Shown here in pieces: positions 27,985 through 38,522 of a stretch of 64,000 nt of DNA (positions are counted from its first letter, which is position 1; every line of letters starts with the position of its first letter). The notes beneath the pieces were generated by a model, which saw nothing but the letters and a program-made list of their open reading frames with translations, searched no databases and was not told where the DNA came from. Both the position numbers and the translations under genes were made by a program. The stretch is from Candidatus Bathyarchaeota archaeon. Lineage in GTDB: Archaea; Thermoproteota; Bathyarchaeia; Bathyarchaeales; Bathycorpusculaceae. The stretch lies in assembly GCA_963707955.1 (NCBI GenBank), contig OY970176.1:1920001-1984000 (forward strand), written 5' to 3'.

Positions 27985-30333
27985 TTGAGTAGAAAAGATC
28001 TTAATGTGAAGATCGGAGAATTGAAGACTGATTTTGGTTTTGTGAAGAATCTTGAACTTTCAATCGGCAAGGTTGTCGATGGAACCTGGACCGAACCCAT
28101 GGGTCCTACGCCTTTTCCGTCCCTGACAACTCTAAGGGAGTGGGACATGAGGATCCTTCAGCGCTACAAACCTTTCTACATGCCCTTCTGCGACCTTTGC
28201 TGCCTCTGCACCATGGGAAAATGCGACCTTACAGGATCCAAGCGCGGAGCGTGCGGAATCAACATGCCGGCTCAACAGTCAAGAACAATGCTTCTAGCCT
28301 GCTGCATCGGAGCAGCAACTCACGTCGGCCACGCTCGCCACTTACTTGAACATCTGATCGAAGAATTCGGACGCGAACACCAAATTGACGTGGGCGGGCT
28401 GAACGTCCAAGTTGAGGCTCCGACGATCCGCCTCGTTTGCGGGTTAAGACCTCGAACACTTGCTGACCTACGGGAGGTGCTGGATTATGCTGAGTCCCAA
28501 CTCACACACTTATTGTCTGTCGTGCACACTGGACAAGAAGGGAACAACCTTGACTTTGAATCAAAAGTCTTCCATGCAGGGATGATAGACCATCTGGGCA
28601 TGGAAGTCGCAGACGTTGCTCAAATTGCGGCCTACGGCTTTCCAAAAGCAGACCCAGACGCCCCGCTTGTTGATCTGGGCTTTGGCACGATAAACACGGA
28701 AAAACCCGTGATCCTTGTCATAGGACACAATGTTGTCCCTTCCATTGGCATAATAGATTACATGAAAGACAACGGTTTTGACGGTGAAATCGAGGTCTGC
28801 GGACTGTGCTGCACAGCCCACGACATAACCAGATACTACAACCGTGCAAAGGTTGTCGGCCCAATCTCGTGGCAGTTACGCTTCATAAGAAGTGGTGTTC
28901 CAGACCTGGTTGTGCTTGATGAACAATGCGTCAGAGCAGATGCCTTCAACGAATCGCAAAACATCAAAACACCAGTCATCGTTACATCAGAAAAGAACTG
29001 CATGGGTCTGCCAAACCGAACAAACGACCCAGCAGACGCGATAGTCGAAGATCTGGTGTCAGGAAAGACGCCGGGCGCGCTGATTCTTGACCCTGAAAAA
29101 GTCGGAGAAGTAGCTACAAAAGTGGCGTTGAAAGTGGCGCCTCTTCGGAAAAAATTCAAGGTGCTGCCCGATGTTGACGAAGTCATCAAGGCAGGAAAGG
29201 AATGCACTCAGTGCAACGCTTGCATTCGAGCATGCCCGGAAGACTTGGAAATTCCTGAAGCCATGAAGGCAGCGGGCGAAGGAAACTTGACGAAGCTCGC
29301 AGAACTGTACGACTTGTGCATTGGCTGCGGGCGATGCGAGGCTCCGTGCCCGAAGGGCACAAAGATTCACAGCTGCATCGTGAGGGCTGGGGACAAGAAA
29401 CTCAGGAACGAGACGTACAAGTTGAGAGTTGGAAGAGGAGCCATACAAGACGTGGAGATAAGGAACGTTGGGGCCCCGCTTGTGTTCGGCGAGATTCCTG
29501 GTGTGGTAGCCTTCGTCGGATGCGCTAACTATCCGAAGGGCGGAAAAGAAGTTGCTGAGATGTGCATGGAGTTTGCGAACAGACGCTACATAGTTGTGAC
29601 CTCAGGTTGTGCCGCAATGTCTGCTGGCATGTACAAAGACGAAGATGGAAAATCACCGTACGAGAAGTACACGGGCGAATTTGCTGCCGGAGGAATCGTC
29701 AACGTTGGTTCATGCGTTGCCAACTCGCACATTGCTGGCGCTGTGATAAAGATTGCAAACATATTCGCGAAGCGGAATCTGCGGGGGAACTATGAGGAGA
29801 TAGCCGACTACGTGCTCAATCGTGTGGGCGCCGTCGGCGTTGCTTGGGGAGCCTACTCTCAGAAGGCAGCTTCTATCTCAGCTGGGTTCTGGCGGTTAGG
29901 CGTTCCCGTCGTCGTTGGCCCTCACGGAACAAAGTACAGGCGCATGCTTCTGGGAAGGGCTGACCGAGAAGAAGACTGGTGCGTTTACGATGCAAGGACA
30001 GGAGAAAAAACGTATGTTGGACCAACACCCGAGCATCTGTTCTGCGCCGCTGAGACAAAAGAGGAAGCAACAGTTATGGTAAGCAAGCTCTGCATGAGAC
30101 CCAACGACACTCCGAAAGGAAGGGCCATAAAACTCACGCATTACATCGATTTGCATAAGAGGCTGTACGGAATTATGCCTCAGGACACACACCTGTTTGT
30201 TCGCACACTTGCGGACGTTCCGATAACGATGAAAGATGAAATCATCAAGACTCTTGAAGAGAAGGATTGGAAGGAAACAGTGATTCCCGACCCGACGCTT
30301 TTGCCAAGACTGATCAGAAAGAGGAAGGAGTAA
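27985..30333 (+). CDS. cdhA: ACDS complex alpha subunit (CO dehydrogenase)
   Basis: CDLCCLCTMGKC, IGHNV, CCTAHD, two ferredoxin motifs, GSCVAN, DPTLL. Confidence 0.96.
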   Translation: MSRKDLNVKIGELKTDFGFVKNLELSIGKVVDGTWTEPMGPTPFPSLTTLREWDMRILQRYKPFYMPFCDLCCLCTMGKCDLTGSKRGACGINMPAQQSRTMLLACCIGAATHVGHARHLLEHLIEEFGREHQIDVGGLNVQVEAPTIRLVCGLRPRTLADLREVLDYAESQLTHLLSVVHTGQEGNNLDFESKVFHAGMIDHLGMEVADVAQIAAYGFPKADPDAPLVDLGFGTINTEKPVILVIGHNVVPSIGIIDYMKDNGFDGEIEVCGLCCTAHDITRYYNRAKVVGPISWQLRFIRSGVPDLVVLDEQCVRADAFNESQNIKTPVIVTSEKNCMGLPNRTNDPADAIVEDLVSGKTPGALILDPEKVGEVATKVALKVAPLRKKFKVLPDVDEVIKAGKECTQCNACIRACPEDLEIPEAMKAAGEGNLTKLAELYDLCIGCGRCEAPCPKGTKIHSCIVRAGDKKLRNETYKLRVGRGAIQDVEIRNVGAPLVFGEIPGVVAFVGCANYPKGGKEVAEMCMEFANRRYIVVTSGCAAMSAGMYKDEDGKSPYEKYTGEFAAGGIVNVGSCVANSHIAGAVIKIANIFAKRNLRGNYEEIADYVLNRVGAVGVAWGAYSQKAASISAGFWRLGVPVVVGPHGTKYRRMLLGRADREEDWCVYDARTGEKTYVGPTPEHLFCAAETKEEATVMVSKLCMRPNDTPKGRAIKLTHYIDLHKRLYGIMPQDTHLFVRTLADVPITMKDEIIKTLEEKDWKETVIPDPTLLPRLIRKRKE

Positions 30334-30339
30334 GCGGAC

Positions 30340-30882
30340 ATGGCAACAGCTGAACCCTGGCAGACGGCTGAGATAGCTGGACCAAAAAAGGCGATGGTAG
30401 TCACAAAACCAGAAGTGGCCGTAGCGATGATTAAGCAGGCAAAACGCCCGATTCTCATCGTCGGTCACAGAGCTGCTGAAATTGAACTAGGAGACAAGAA
30501 GCTGATCGATTACGTCATTGAGCTGTCTGAGAAAGCCAAAATTCCGGTTGTCGCAACCGCCCACATTGTAGGTGAGTTTTTGAAAAGGGGTTGCCAACCA
30601 GCTGGCTGGATGCCCGCGGTTGACGTGGGCAACAGGCTGATCGACCCAGACTGGTGCGGGTTTGACGGTAAAGGCCAGTACGACTTAGCCTTGTTCGTCG
30701 GCCTTCCATACTACATGGAGTGGACGATTCTTTCCGGCGTGAAACACTTCGCTCCAACGCTCAGGACTGTCACACTGGACAACGTTTATCAACCCAACGC
30801 AAGCTGGTCTTTACCAAACATTGCAAAGAAAATTTGGACAGAAGACCTCAGAGCGATAATTGAAAAAGTCGGAGGAAAATAA
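30340..30882 (+). CDS. cdhB: ACDS complex epsilon subunit
   Basis: AKRPILIVG, WxGFDGKGQYDL, YQPNASWS; operon position. Confidence 0.93.
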   Translation: MATAEPWQTAEIAGPKKAMVVTKPEVAVAMIKQAKRPILIVGHRAAEIELGDKKLIDYVIELSEKAKIPVVATAHIVGEFLKRGCQPAGWMPAVDVGNRLIDPDWCGFDGKGQYDLALFVGLPYYMEWTILSGVKHFAPTLRTVTLDNVYQPNASWSLPNIAKKIWTEDLRAIIEKVGGK

Positions 30883-30885
30883 GAA

Positions 30886-32295
30886 GTGTCAATGTTTAAA
30901 GACATACCCGTTGACGTGGGCGTTATCTACGAGGGCGAAAGAATTCGCAGAAAAGACATGTACGTCGAGCTTGGCGGACCTGACGTTAAAGAGAAGTTTG
31001 AGCTAGTGAGGGTCAAGAAAGCAAAAGAGGTCGAGGACGGAAAAATAACCATCGTTGGACCTGACCTGAAAGACATGGAAGAAGGCAAAATCTACCCGTT
31101 TGGAATACTCATCGAAGTCGCGGGGCCCAAGCTCGAGGCAGAACTAGAGGGCGTGATAGAGAGGCGGATACACGCTTTCTCCAACTATATTGAAGGGCTC
31201 ATGCATCTGAACCAGCGATACGACATTTGGCTCAGGCTCAGCAAGAGATCCTTCGAGAAAGGTTTGAACTCCTTCGATTATGTTGGAAAGGTCCTGCACA
31301 GACTCTTCAAAAGCGAGCTGCCAATAATCGAAAAGATGCAAGTAACGTTCATCACGGATTCTAAGAAGGTGAAGGAACTCTACGATGAAGCCTTACAGGT
31401 TTATGAAACAAGAGACGCAAGAGCAAGAGGCTTGAAGGACGAGGAAGTGGACAAGTTCTACGGATGCGTTCTGTGCCAGTCCTTCGCTCCGTCCCACGTC
31501 TGCGTGATCACACCGCAGAGATACTCGAACTGCGGAGCCATAAGCTGGTTTGACGGAAGAGCCGCGGCCAGCATAGACCCGAAGGGGCCTGTCTTCACGA
31601 TCGAAAGAGGCGAACTGCTTGACCCCGTCGCAGGAGAGTTCTCAGGTGTAAATGAAGCGGTGAAGAAGAAGTCTCTGGGCGAAATAACCAGGGTGCAACT
31701 CTACACAGCGTTCGGCCACCCGCACACGTCGTGCGGTTGCTTCGAGGGAGTCGCCTTCTACATTCCAGAAGTAGACGGGTTCGGCATCGTGCACAGAGGC
31801 TTCAAGGACACAACCGTCAACGGGTTGGGCTTCTCAACGATCGCCGATTCCACCGCCGGAGGGCGCCAGGTGGATGGGTTCCACGGTTTATCCATCGAGT
31901 ACATGCGCTCTCCAAAGTTTCTGCAGGCAGACGGCGGCTGGAAACGCGTCGTTTGGCTGCCTAAAGAAGTGAAAGAAAGGGTGAGAAACTTCGTCGCAGC
32001 CGAGATTCTTGACAAAGTGGCCACGGAGGATGAGGCGAAAACCATAGACGAGCTGCAAACTTTTCTGAAAGAACACAACCATCCCGTCGTAGAAAGATGG
32101 AAAGAAGAGGCGGTTGCCGTTGAAGAAGCGGCACCAACAGAGACGCCGCAGGAAGCAGACATGATTCCTGTGGCCACCGCGGCAACCTTGCCCATAACAG
32201 CCGGCGGGTTCAAAATCATATTGAAGGACGCCAAAATCTACGCCAAAAAAGTCATCATACGTTCTCAGAAGAGCGAGAAAACTGAAAAAAGGTGA
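30886..32295 (+). CDS. cdhC: ACDS complex beta subunit (acetyl-CoA synthase)
   Basis: YEGERIR, CVLCQSFAP, HTSCGCFE. Confidence 0.96.
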   Translation: MSMFKDIPVDVGVIYEGERIRRKDMYVELGGPDVKEKFELVRVKKAKEVEDGKITIVGPDLKDMEEGKIYPFGILIEVAGPKLEAELEGVIERRIHAFSNYIEGLMHLNQRYDIWLRLSKRSFEKGLNSFDYVGKVLHRLFKSELPIIEKMQVTFITDSKKVKELYDEALQVYETRDARARGLKDEEVDKFYGCVLCQSFAPSHVCVITPQRYSNCGAISWFDGRAAASIDPKGPVFTIERGELLDPVAGEFSGVNEAVKKKSLGEITRVQLYTAFGHPHTSCGCFEGVAFYIPEVDGFGIVHRGFKDTTVNGLGFSTIADSTAGGRQVDGFHGLSIEYMRSPKFLQADGGWKRVVWLPKEVKERVRNFVAAEILDKVATEDEAKTIDELQTFLKEHNHPVVERWKEEAVAVEEAAPTETPQEADMIPVATAATLPITAGGFKIILKDAKIYAKKVIIRSQKSEKTEKR

Positions 32296-32300
32296 AAGCG

Positions 32301-33518
32301 TTGCCAAAGGATGAGAAGAAAGAAGCCGTAGGGCTCAAGCTGACTCCACGCCTAATAGAAATCCTCGCGAAACTCCAAGAAATCGAACTTGAAGACTTCC
32401 AGATGGACGTCGGAGACTTAGAAATATGGATACAGCCTGGAACAGCCGCTGTCTCCAGGCTTGCTCAGCAGAAAACAATCCCCCAACTGAAGCTCAAGCC
32501 TACGGAAATAATCGAAGCAGAATTCGTTCCACCGGTTGAAACCTACCCGGGCAAAATCGTTGAGGTGAAGCTTGGAGGAACAAAGGGTGAGGGTGGAACC
32601 CGCGGCAAGTCTCTGACGATAGGAGGAGAGACTGCACCTGCCTTCTACACTTTTGAAAGGTCAATGCCGCATCCTCCAGTCGTGGCCGTGGACATTTTCG
32701 ACATAAAGGTCCCACTGGCCAAGGCCGTGAAGATGCACGTGAAAGAAGTTTTGGAAGACCCAGCTGCTTGGGCCAAGCTTGCAGTCGAAAAGTTCGGGGC
32801 TGAAATGCTGACCCTGCATCTCATAAGCATCGATCCGCTTATCAAGGATGCTTCACCGAAGGAAGCCGTGAAAACGGTTGAGAACGTTGTCCAAGCCGTC
32901 GACGTGCCCCTGATGATCGGAGGTTGCGGAGACCCAGTCAAAGACGCGGACGTTTTCGAAGCCATCTGTGACACATTCAAAGGAGAGAGATTCCTGATAA
33001 ACTCGATAACGAAGGACATGGACGTTGAGAGGTGCGCAAAGTTCGTCAAAAAGAATGGACACGTAGCGTTGTCTTTCACTCCTATGGACATGAACATGGC
33101 CAGAGAGCTCAACCGCAGGCTCTACGATTTTCTGCCAAGAGAAGACATAGTTATGGATTTGACTACAGCGGCGCTTGGTTACGGTCTGGACTATGCGTTC
33201 ACCAACATGGAAAGAGCCAGACTCTCCGGCTTAATGGGAGACTCAGAATTGGCGCATCCCATGTCCTCAGGAACCACCAACGCCTGGGCTGCTAGAGAAG
33301 CTTGGATGGAAATGGCTCCAGAGTGGGAACCCCGCGAGCTCAGAGGCCCCCTTTGGGAACTGACCACTGCACTCACCCTCCTGCTTGCAGGGGTCGACTT
33401 GTTTATGATGATGCATCCGGCCGCAATGAAAACCGTCAAGGACGTAACTCGCCAACTGTTAAGTGGAAGCCAAAGCGACGCTAGTAAACTCGCACAATGG
33501 GTTTCCATGAAGACCTAA
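32301..33518 (+). CDS. cdhD: ACDS complex delta subunit (corrinoid Fe-S protein small subunit)
   Basis: TAALGYGLDY, NAWAARE, MMHP. Confidence 0.94.
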   Translation: MPKDEKKEAVGLKLTPRLIEILAKLQEIELEDFQMDVGDLEIWIQPGTAAVSRLAQQKTIPQLKLKPTEIIEAEFVPPVETYPGKIVEVKLGGTKGEGGTRGKSLTIGGETAPAFYTFERSMPHPPVVAVDIFDIKVPLAKAVKMHVKEVLEDPAAWAKLAVEKFGAEMLTLHLISIDPLIKDASPKEAVKTVENVVQAVDVPLMIGGCGDPVKDADVFEAICDTFKGERFLINSITKDMDVERCAKFVKKNGHVALSFTPMDMNMARELNRRLYDFLPREDIVMDLTTAALGYGLDYAFTNMERARLSGLMGDSELAHPMSSGTTNAWAAREAWMEMAPEWEPRELRGPLWELTTALTLLLAGVDLFMMMHPAAMKTVKDVTRQLLSGSQSDASKLAQWVSMKT

Positions 33519-33538
33519 ACCAAGGAGCGCTACACCAA

Positions 33539-34978
33539 ATGAGTGAAAGAGAAAGCAAAGTCAAAACGGGAATCAAGGAGCTAAGCCCACTTGACGTTTA
33601 CAAGCTTCTTCCCAAAACAAATTGCAAGGAGTGCGGCGAAGAAAACTGCATGGCCTTTGCAACAAAGGTCGTGAACCGTGAAGTATCGCTGGAAAAGTGT
33701 CCTCCCCTCCTGACTAAGAAGTATGAGAAATCCTACAAACAGTTGAAGGAAATGCTGAAGCCTGCTGTGAGAGAGGTCGTCCTAGGCATTGGAGATAAAG
33801 CCGTCAAGATCGGCGGAAAACTCGTCATGTACCGACACGAGTTCACGTATTCCAACCCAACGGCAATAGCCCTCGACGTCACCGACGAAATGCCTCAAGA
33901 AGAGATATCGGAAAGAATAAGGAAGGTTGAACACTTCAGCTTTGAATACATAGGACAAACCCTGAAGCTGGACATGATCGCTGTCCGTTCCACTTCGGAC
34001 GACCCGGACAAGTTCAAGGCAACAGTGCAGAAAGTGACTGAGAACACAAAACTACCGCTAATCCTTTGTTCACTGAACCCAGCTGTCCTCGAAGCAGGAT
34101 TGATGGTCGCCGCAAAGACAAGACCACTTCTGTATGCTGCCACAAAGGACAACTGGAAAGAGATGGCCGAACTGTCCCAAATGTACAACTGCCCCCTGAC
34201 AGTTCTTGCGCCAGGCGATCTGAAACTGTTGAGATCTCTAACGAAGACCCTGCTTGAATATGGGGTTCAAGACCTCGTCTTAGACCCAGGCACTTTTCCG
34301 GACGAAGGCTTGGCTGACATGTTAAGCAACTTCACAATGCTTCGCCGAGCTGCATGCAAGAGAGGAGATGAACTCTCAGGTTTTCCGCTGATCGGCATCC
34401 CATTAGTCGCGTGGATGGACAGAGGCAACACTCAGGAAGAGATTCTGAAGTGGCGTGAAGCCTATTTAGCTGCGATGCTTATCACGCGTTACGCAGACGT
34501 TTTGATAATGCACAACGTTGACGGCTGGGCGCTTCTTCCACCCGTTGTGCTGCGACAGAACATCTACACAGACCCGCGGAAACCAGTAGCCGTCGAACCT
34601 GGACTCAAGGTTTTCGGGACTCCAGATGAGAACTCGCCCGTGATGTTCACCACAAACTTCGCGCTAACATACTACACTGTGGCTTCAGACATAGAGTCTG
34701 CAAAGTTGAACGTCTACCTCTTAGTAATCGACACTGAAGGAATAGCCGTGGACAGCGCCGTCGCAGGCCGAAAGTTGACGGCGGAAAAGGTCGCCGATGC
34801 GGTAAAGGCTTCTGGAATTGAAAGCAAGGTCAAGCATAAAAAATTGTTGATTCCAGGAAAAGCCGCACGTCTAAGCGGCGAAATCGAGGAAATGAGCGGG
34901 TGGCAAGTGTTGGTTGGACCCCGTGACTCGTCAGAAATCCCGAAATACCTGAAGGAAAAATACCAAGGCCCAGCGTAG
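33539..34978 (+). CDS. cdhE: ACDS complex gamma subunit (corrinoid Fe-S protein large subunit)
   Basis: LPKTNCKECG..CMAFA, YTDPRKP, TTNFALTY, GPRDSS. Confidence 0.95.
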   Translation: MSERESKVKTGIKELSPLDVYKLLPKTNCKECGEENCMAFATKVVNREVSLEKCPPLLTKKYEKSYKQLKEMLKPAVREVVLGIGDKAVKIGGKLVMYRHEFTYSNPTAIALDVTDEMPQEEISERIRKVEHFSFEYIGQTLKLDMIAVRSTSDDPDKFKATVQKVTENTKLPLILCSLNPAVLEAGLMVAAKTRPLLYAATKDNWKEMAELSQMYNCPLTVLAPGDLKLLRSLTKTLLEYGVQDLVLDPGTFPDEGLADMLSNFTMLRRAACKRGDELSGFPLIGIPLVAWMDRGNTQEEILKWREAYLAAMLITRYADVLIMHNVDGWALLPPVVLRQNIYTDPRKPVAVEPGLKVFGTPDENSPVMFTTNFALTYYTVASDIESAKLNVYLLVIDTEGIAVDSAVAGRKLTAEKVADAVKASGIESKVKHKKLLIPGKAARLSGEIEEMSGWQVLVGPRDSSEIPKYLKEKYQGPA

Positions 34979-35123
34979 TTTCCATCTAGAGCGCGCCTTC
35001 TGAACTTCGCTCTTGTGGCTTCAGACTCTATTCTAACAATAGACACTTGTTCGCTTGTTCGAATCATCATGCGCTTTGCTCGTCACCTCAATCTTAAACT
35101 AAGGGATTGATAATATTCAATCA

Positions 35124-35834
35124 TTGAGAAAGATGAAGCTCAGCGGAGGTCAAGTCAAAGCAGTGCTTTTTGACTTGGGAGGCACGTTAGTCAATATAGA
35201 TAACAGTAAGGATCCTCAGGTGATGAAGAGGATGCTTGGAGACTGCGGGGTCAATCGTTCTTTGAAAGATGTGTCAAAGGAATGGGTGAGATCTTGGGAA
35301 GGACTGAATTTCCGACAGATAGCAAAGCTTCTTGATGAGTTTTGGGTTCAACAGAACTTACAGGTTCTGCGCAATCTCCGAGTTGAATTGAATGCTGAAA
35401 AGCTGGCCAGATTCATTGCATCTCACTGGTGGGAATATGCCAACGTGAGTCTTTATCCAGACGCCCAAGAGATGCTTCCGCGGCTTAAGGGAAAGGGTTT
35501 GAAGATAGGACTCGTAACGAATGGATTGCAGAGCGACACAAACCAGATACTGCCCAAAGTGGGTTTACAAGGTTTTTTTGATGTTGTGGTTGTGGTTGAC
35601 ACTTTGCGGAAGATGAAACCTGACGCAGAGGTTTTCCGTTATGCGTTAGAGAAGATGAAGGCGACCTCGCCTGAAGCTATGTTCGTTGGGGATGACATCG
35701 AAGCAGACTACAAGGGAGCGCAAAGGATTGGGCTAAAGGCGTTTTTGATTGACCGTGAGGGCAAAGTTCGGGATGAGAGCGTGAACAGGATATCTAGTTT
35801 AGAAGAATTACTTGAACCTAGCGACAGAAGATAG
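35124..35834 (+). CDS. HAD-family hydrolase
   Basis: FDLGGTL, VTNG, KPD, VGDDIEAD. Confidence 0.88.
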   Translation: MRKMKLSGGQVKAVLFDLGGTLVNIDNSKDPQVMKRMLGDCGVNRSLKDVSKEWVRSWEGLNFRQIAKLLDEFWVQQNLQVLRNLRVELNAEKLARFIASHWWEYANVSLYPDAQEMLPRLKGKGLKIGLVTNGLQSDTNQILPKVGLQGFFDVVVVVDTLRKMKPDAEVFRYALEKMKATSPEAMFVGDDIEADYKGAQRIGLKAFLIDREGKVRDESVNRISSLEELLEPSDRR

Positions 35835-35927
35835 ACGGTTTCAACAGTTTTACCGTCTGGACTATGAGCGAATAAGAATACATGAAGAGGTCTTTTTCGT
35901 CGACTGGGCAATTCTTTCTTGTAGACG

Positions 35928-36401
35928 CTAAGATTTAGAACTCCGCGGTCTAGTGTAATCTTCAGGTTTCGGAAAGGCTTCTTTAACTCTCTCAAAACGT
36001 CTTTTAGTATCGATGCTGTGCTGCAAAGCCACAACGTCTCTTGCCTTGCTGAATCTTTCTGAGCTTCCGTCTGGTCTTTTTCTCGTAATCTTTATGCAGT
36101 CATCCACTATGCAGTTTAAGACACAAGCGCCGCAATATATGCAAAGATGTTCCGTAAGTCCGACTTCTCCCAGCTTCCAAAACAAAGCGTTTGTTGGACA
36201 AGTCTTTATGCAAAGCTTGCATTCAACACCCTTGCACGTTCTCTTGTTGATGGATATGCTTCCTTCGGCGAAGAATTCTTTTATGCCCAGCGGGGTCAGG
36301 AGCTCCTCTTTTCGCTTCTTTTTCTCTTGTTCGGCCGTTTCTGTTAGCATCTCGAACATGTCGGTGCTCGAATGTTTGCTGGGCTTGCTTTCCTTTCGCA
36401 T
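35928..36401 (-). CDS. 4Fe-4S dicluster protein
   Basis: CKGVECKLCIKTCP and CIYCGACVLNC. Confidence 0.8.
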   Translation of the reverse strand: MRKESKPSKHSSTDMFEMLTETAEQEKKKRKEELLTPLGIKEFFAEGSISINKRTCKGVECKLCIKTCPTNALFWKLGEVGLTEHLCIYCGACVLNCIVDDCIKITRKRPDGSSERFSKARDVVALQHSIDTKRRFERVKEAFPKPEDYTRPRSSKS

Positions 36402-36627
36402 TTGTTTCCTCTTTCGACCATGTATGACATTTGAGATGTATAATCATCGTGAATTATAATTACTTATCCCAAATATGCAACCGAGAACCAAAATCAAAGT
36501 CGAAAGGAAAAACGTTTCAGAATCGAATCTGAGAAAACAGGACTTATCCCAACAAAGGTCTCTAGTTCTCAAGAGGAAGTTTATAACCGACGTTGGTGTT
36601 TTCGTCTAAGTGCTGGTTGGGCTGAAA

Positions 36628-36807
36628 ATGTGTGAATTCACCGTGATTCTCGATGGAAAAGAAGTGTTCAAAGAAGTGGTTTACGCTAAGATGGAGGGTG
36701 GCAAGGTGATCCTTCAGGATGTGCTTGGAGAATCTCTGCAATTTGACAACTGTAGGATCACAGAAGTTAACGTAAACTCGACGCGGCTGATTCTATCGCG
36801 CTTCTGA
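36628..36807 (+). CDS. cooT: CooT-family nickel-binding protein
   Basis: MCE N-terminus, about 60 aa, DVLGE motif, next to the CODH/ACS operon. Confidence 0.8.
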   Translation: MCEFTVILDGKEVFKEVVYAKMEGGKVILQDVLGESLQFDNCRITEVNVNSTRLILSRF

Positions 36808-36902
36808 GTCGACTGTACTCGGGCGTCATGTGCTTTAGAATATGCGTCGTCTTCTCTTGATTTCGAAAATGGAATTGCAGAGAAGTCTGCCATGTTTTTC
36901 AG

Positions 36903-38522
36903 TTATTGCCTTATTCCGCTCTTTTCAATGATTTTCGGCAGGACCCATTCAAAACCGACGGCCATTAAGTGAAGCCCTGAAGCACTTGTTGTTCTGCGGA
37001 TTTCGCCGATCAGGTTAGCGAAGGATTCGATGTTTTCCTCCAGAAACGCTTCCTTGCTTCTTTGTCTTGCGTTCCGGAGGCGTTGCTCCAAGTCAGGTGG
37101 AACCTTTATTCCTGGCACGAACTTGATCATCCAATCCATCATGGCTTGCGATTTGAAGGGTGCGATTCCAAGCAGGACAGGCGTTTTGAGATAGGACACT
37201 GCTTTCATGAAGTTTTCGGCTTGTTCTACGCTGTAGACGCATTGGGTTTGTATGAAATCGACTCCGAGTTTGACCTTTCTTTCGATTTTCAGAATTTCGG
37301 CCTCTAAGGGGTCAGCGTTGGGTGACGCTCCAATACCGATGTTAAACTTAGGTGGCTCTTCTATTTTGTTCCCGTTCAGGTCTAGGCCCTCGTCGACCAC
37401 TTTTCTCAGCATGTAAACCAACGTTGCCGAGTCTAAGTCGAAGACCGGTTTGGCCTGTGGCATGTCGCCGACCGTTGTGTAGTCGCCCGTTATGGCCAAG
37501 ATGTTCTTTATTCCCAGAGTGCCAGCGGCTAGCACGTCAGAAAGCAGTGCTATACGGTTCCTATCCCTAGTGGTTATCTGAAAAACGGCTTCTACGCACG
37601 CTTCTCTTTGGACCAGATAAGATGAAACAAGCCCGTTGAAAAACCCGAAGGCTGTAGGATTGTCCGTCACGTTGATCGCAGCAACATGGCCTTTCAAGAT
37701 CTTCGCGCTTTCAATGACTTCGTGAAGATTTGTCGTTTTCATCGGTTCAAGTTCGCCCGTGAAGACGTACCTGCCGTCTTTGAGTTGCTTCATCAACTCT
37801 CCGTAGGTTTCCCTAGTCACGTTTTTCACAGGTTCCTCTTTCATCTCTGTCTTCGTTTTCTCTGTAATCGTTTCCATGGCCAGCTGTCGTGGGTGTTCGG
37901 AGATTCGGTAGTCCTTGGGTATCCTGAATTTCTTGAAGAGGTCTAGCTCGTTTCTTTCTATGAGTCTGTTGTAGATCAGAATCCATGCGCAGTCGTTTTT
38001 CCAGCCTCCTGCCTCGCATTTTCCCTTCACCTGTCCCCCGCATGGTCCGTTGAGAAGACTTTTGGCGCACCGAGTTATCGGACATATGGAGCCTGTTTCG
38101 CCCAGGAGGCATTCTCCGCATCCTCTGCACCTCTCGTGCATGGCTGCGCCGTCGCGATCTTGCGACCCGAGGAAAACTGTGTCTTGGGCAGGATAAATTG
38201 GAATGTTCGGAAAAACTTCTGCTAGGGTTTGCACTCCGACGCCGCATGCCAGAGACAGTACGGCGTCGATGTCCTTGACTTGGGGTGTTAGGGTTGTGTT
38301 GACTTCATAATTGTCACACTGTTTGCCCATCGTCGTTGGTGTGCACTTGAATTCTTTGTTCTTGAGTTTTCCACCCATTTCCACAAGCATAGTGAAAGTT
38401 TTAGCCTCTCGTAATCCTCTCGGAGGAGTCGTACAGCCATCGCAGCCCACGACCAGAATCCTCTTGTACGGTGCTAGCAGACGCAATATTTCCTCCAGAG
38501 CTTTCTCTTTTGTCACTATCAT
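36903..38522 (-). CDS. metF: Fused MetV (Cys-rich) and MetF methylenetetrahydrofolate reductase
   Basis: N-half GCDGC, ACGVGVQ, CPITRCAKSLLNGPCGG, CAW; C-half NVTDNP, TRDRNR, TGD, FIQTQ, HLM. Confidence 0.88.
   Translation of the reverse strand: MIVTKEKALEEILRLLAPYKRILVVGCDGCTTPPRGLREAKTFTMLVEMGGKLKNKEFKCTPTTMGKQCDNYEVNTTLTPQVKDIDAVLSLACGVGVQTLAEVFPNIPIYPAQDTVFLGSQDRDGAAMHERCRGCGECLLGETGSICPITRCAKSLLNGPCGGQVKGKCEAGGWKNDCAWILIYNRLIERNELDLFKKFRIPKDYRISEHPRQLAMETITEKTKTEMKEEPVKNVTRETYGELMKQLKDGRYVFTGELEPMKTTNLHEVIESAKILKGHVAAINVTDNPTAFGFFNGLVSSYLVQREACVEAVFQITTRDRNRIALLSDVLAAGTLGIKNILAITGDYTTVGDMPQAKPVFDLDSATLVYMLRKVVDEGLDLNGNKIEEPPKFNIGIGASPNADPLEAEILKIERKVKLGVDFIQTQCVYSVEQAENFMKAVSYLKTPVLLGIAPFKSQAMMDWMIKFVPGIKVPPDLEQRLRNARQRSKEAFLEENIESFANLIGEIRRTTSASGLHLMAVGFEWVLPKIIEKSGIRQ

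Noticed and set aside
36462-36552. 11-bp direct repeat ACTTATCCCAA between the ferredoxin and cooT genes
   Set aside because: Short and only two copies; could be chance
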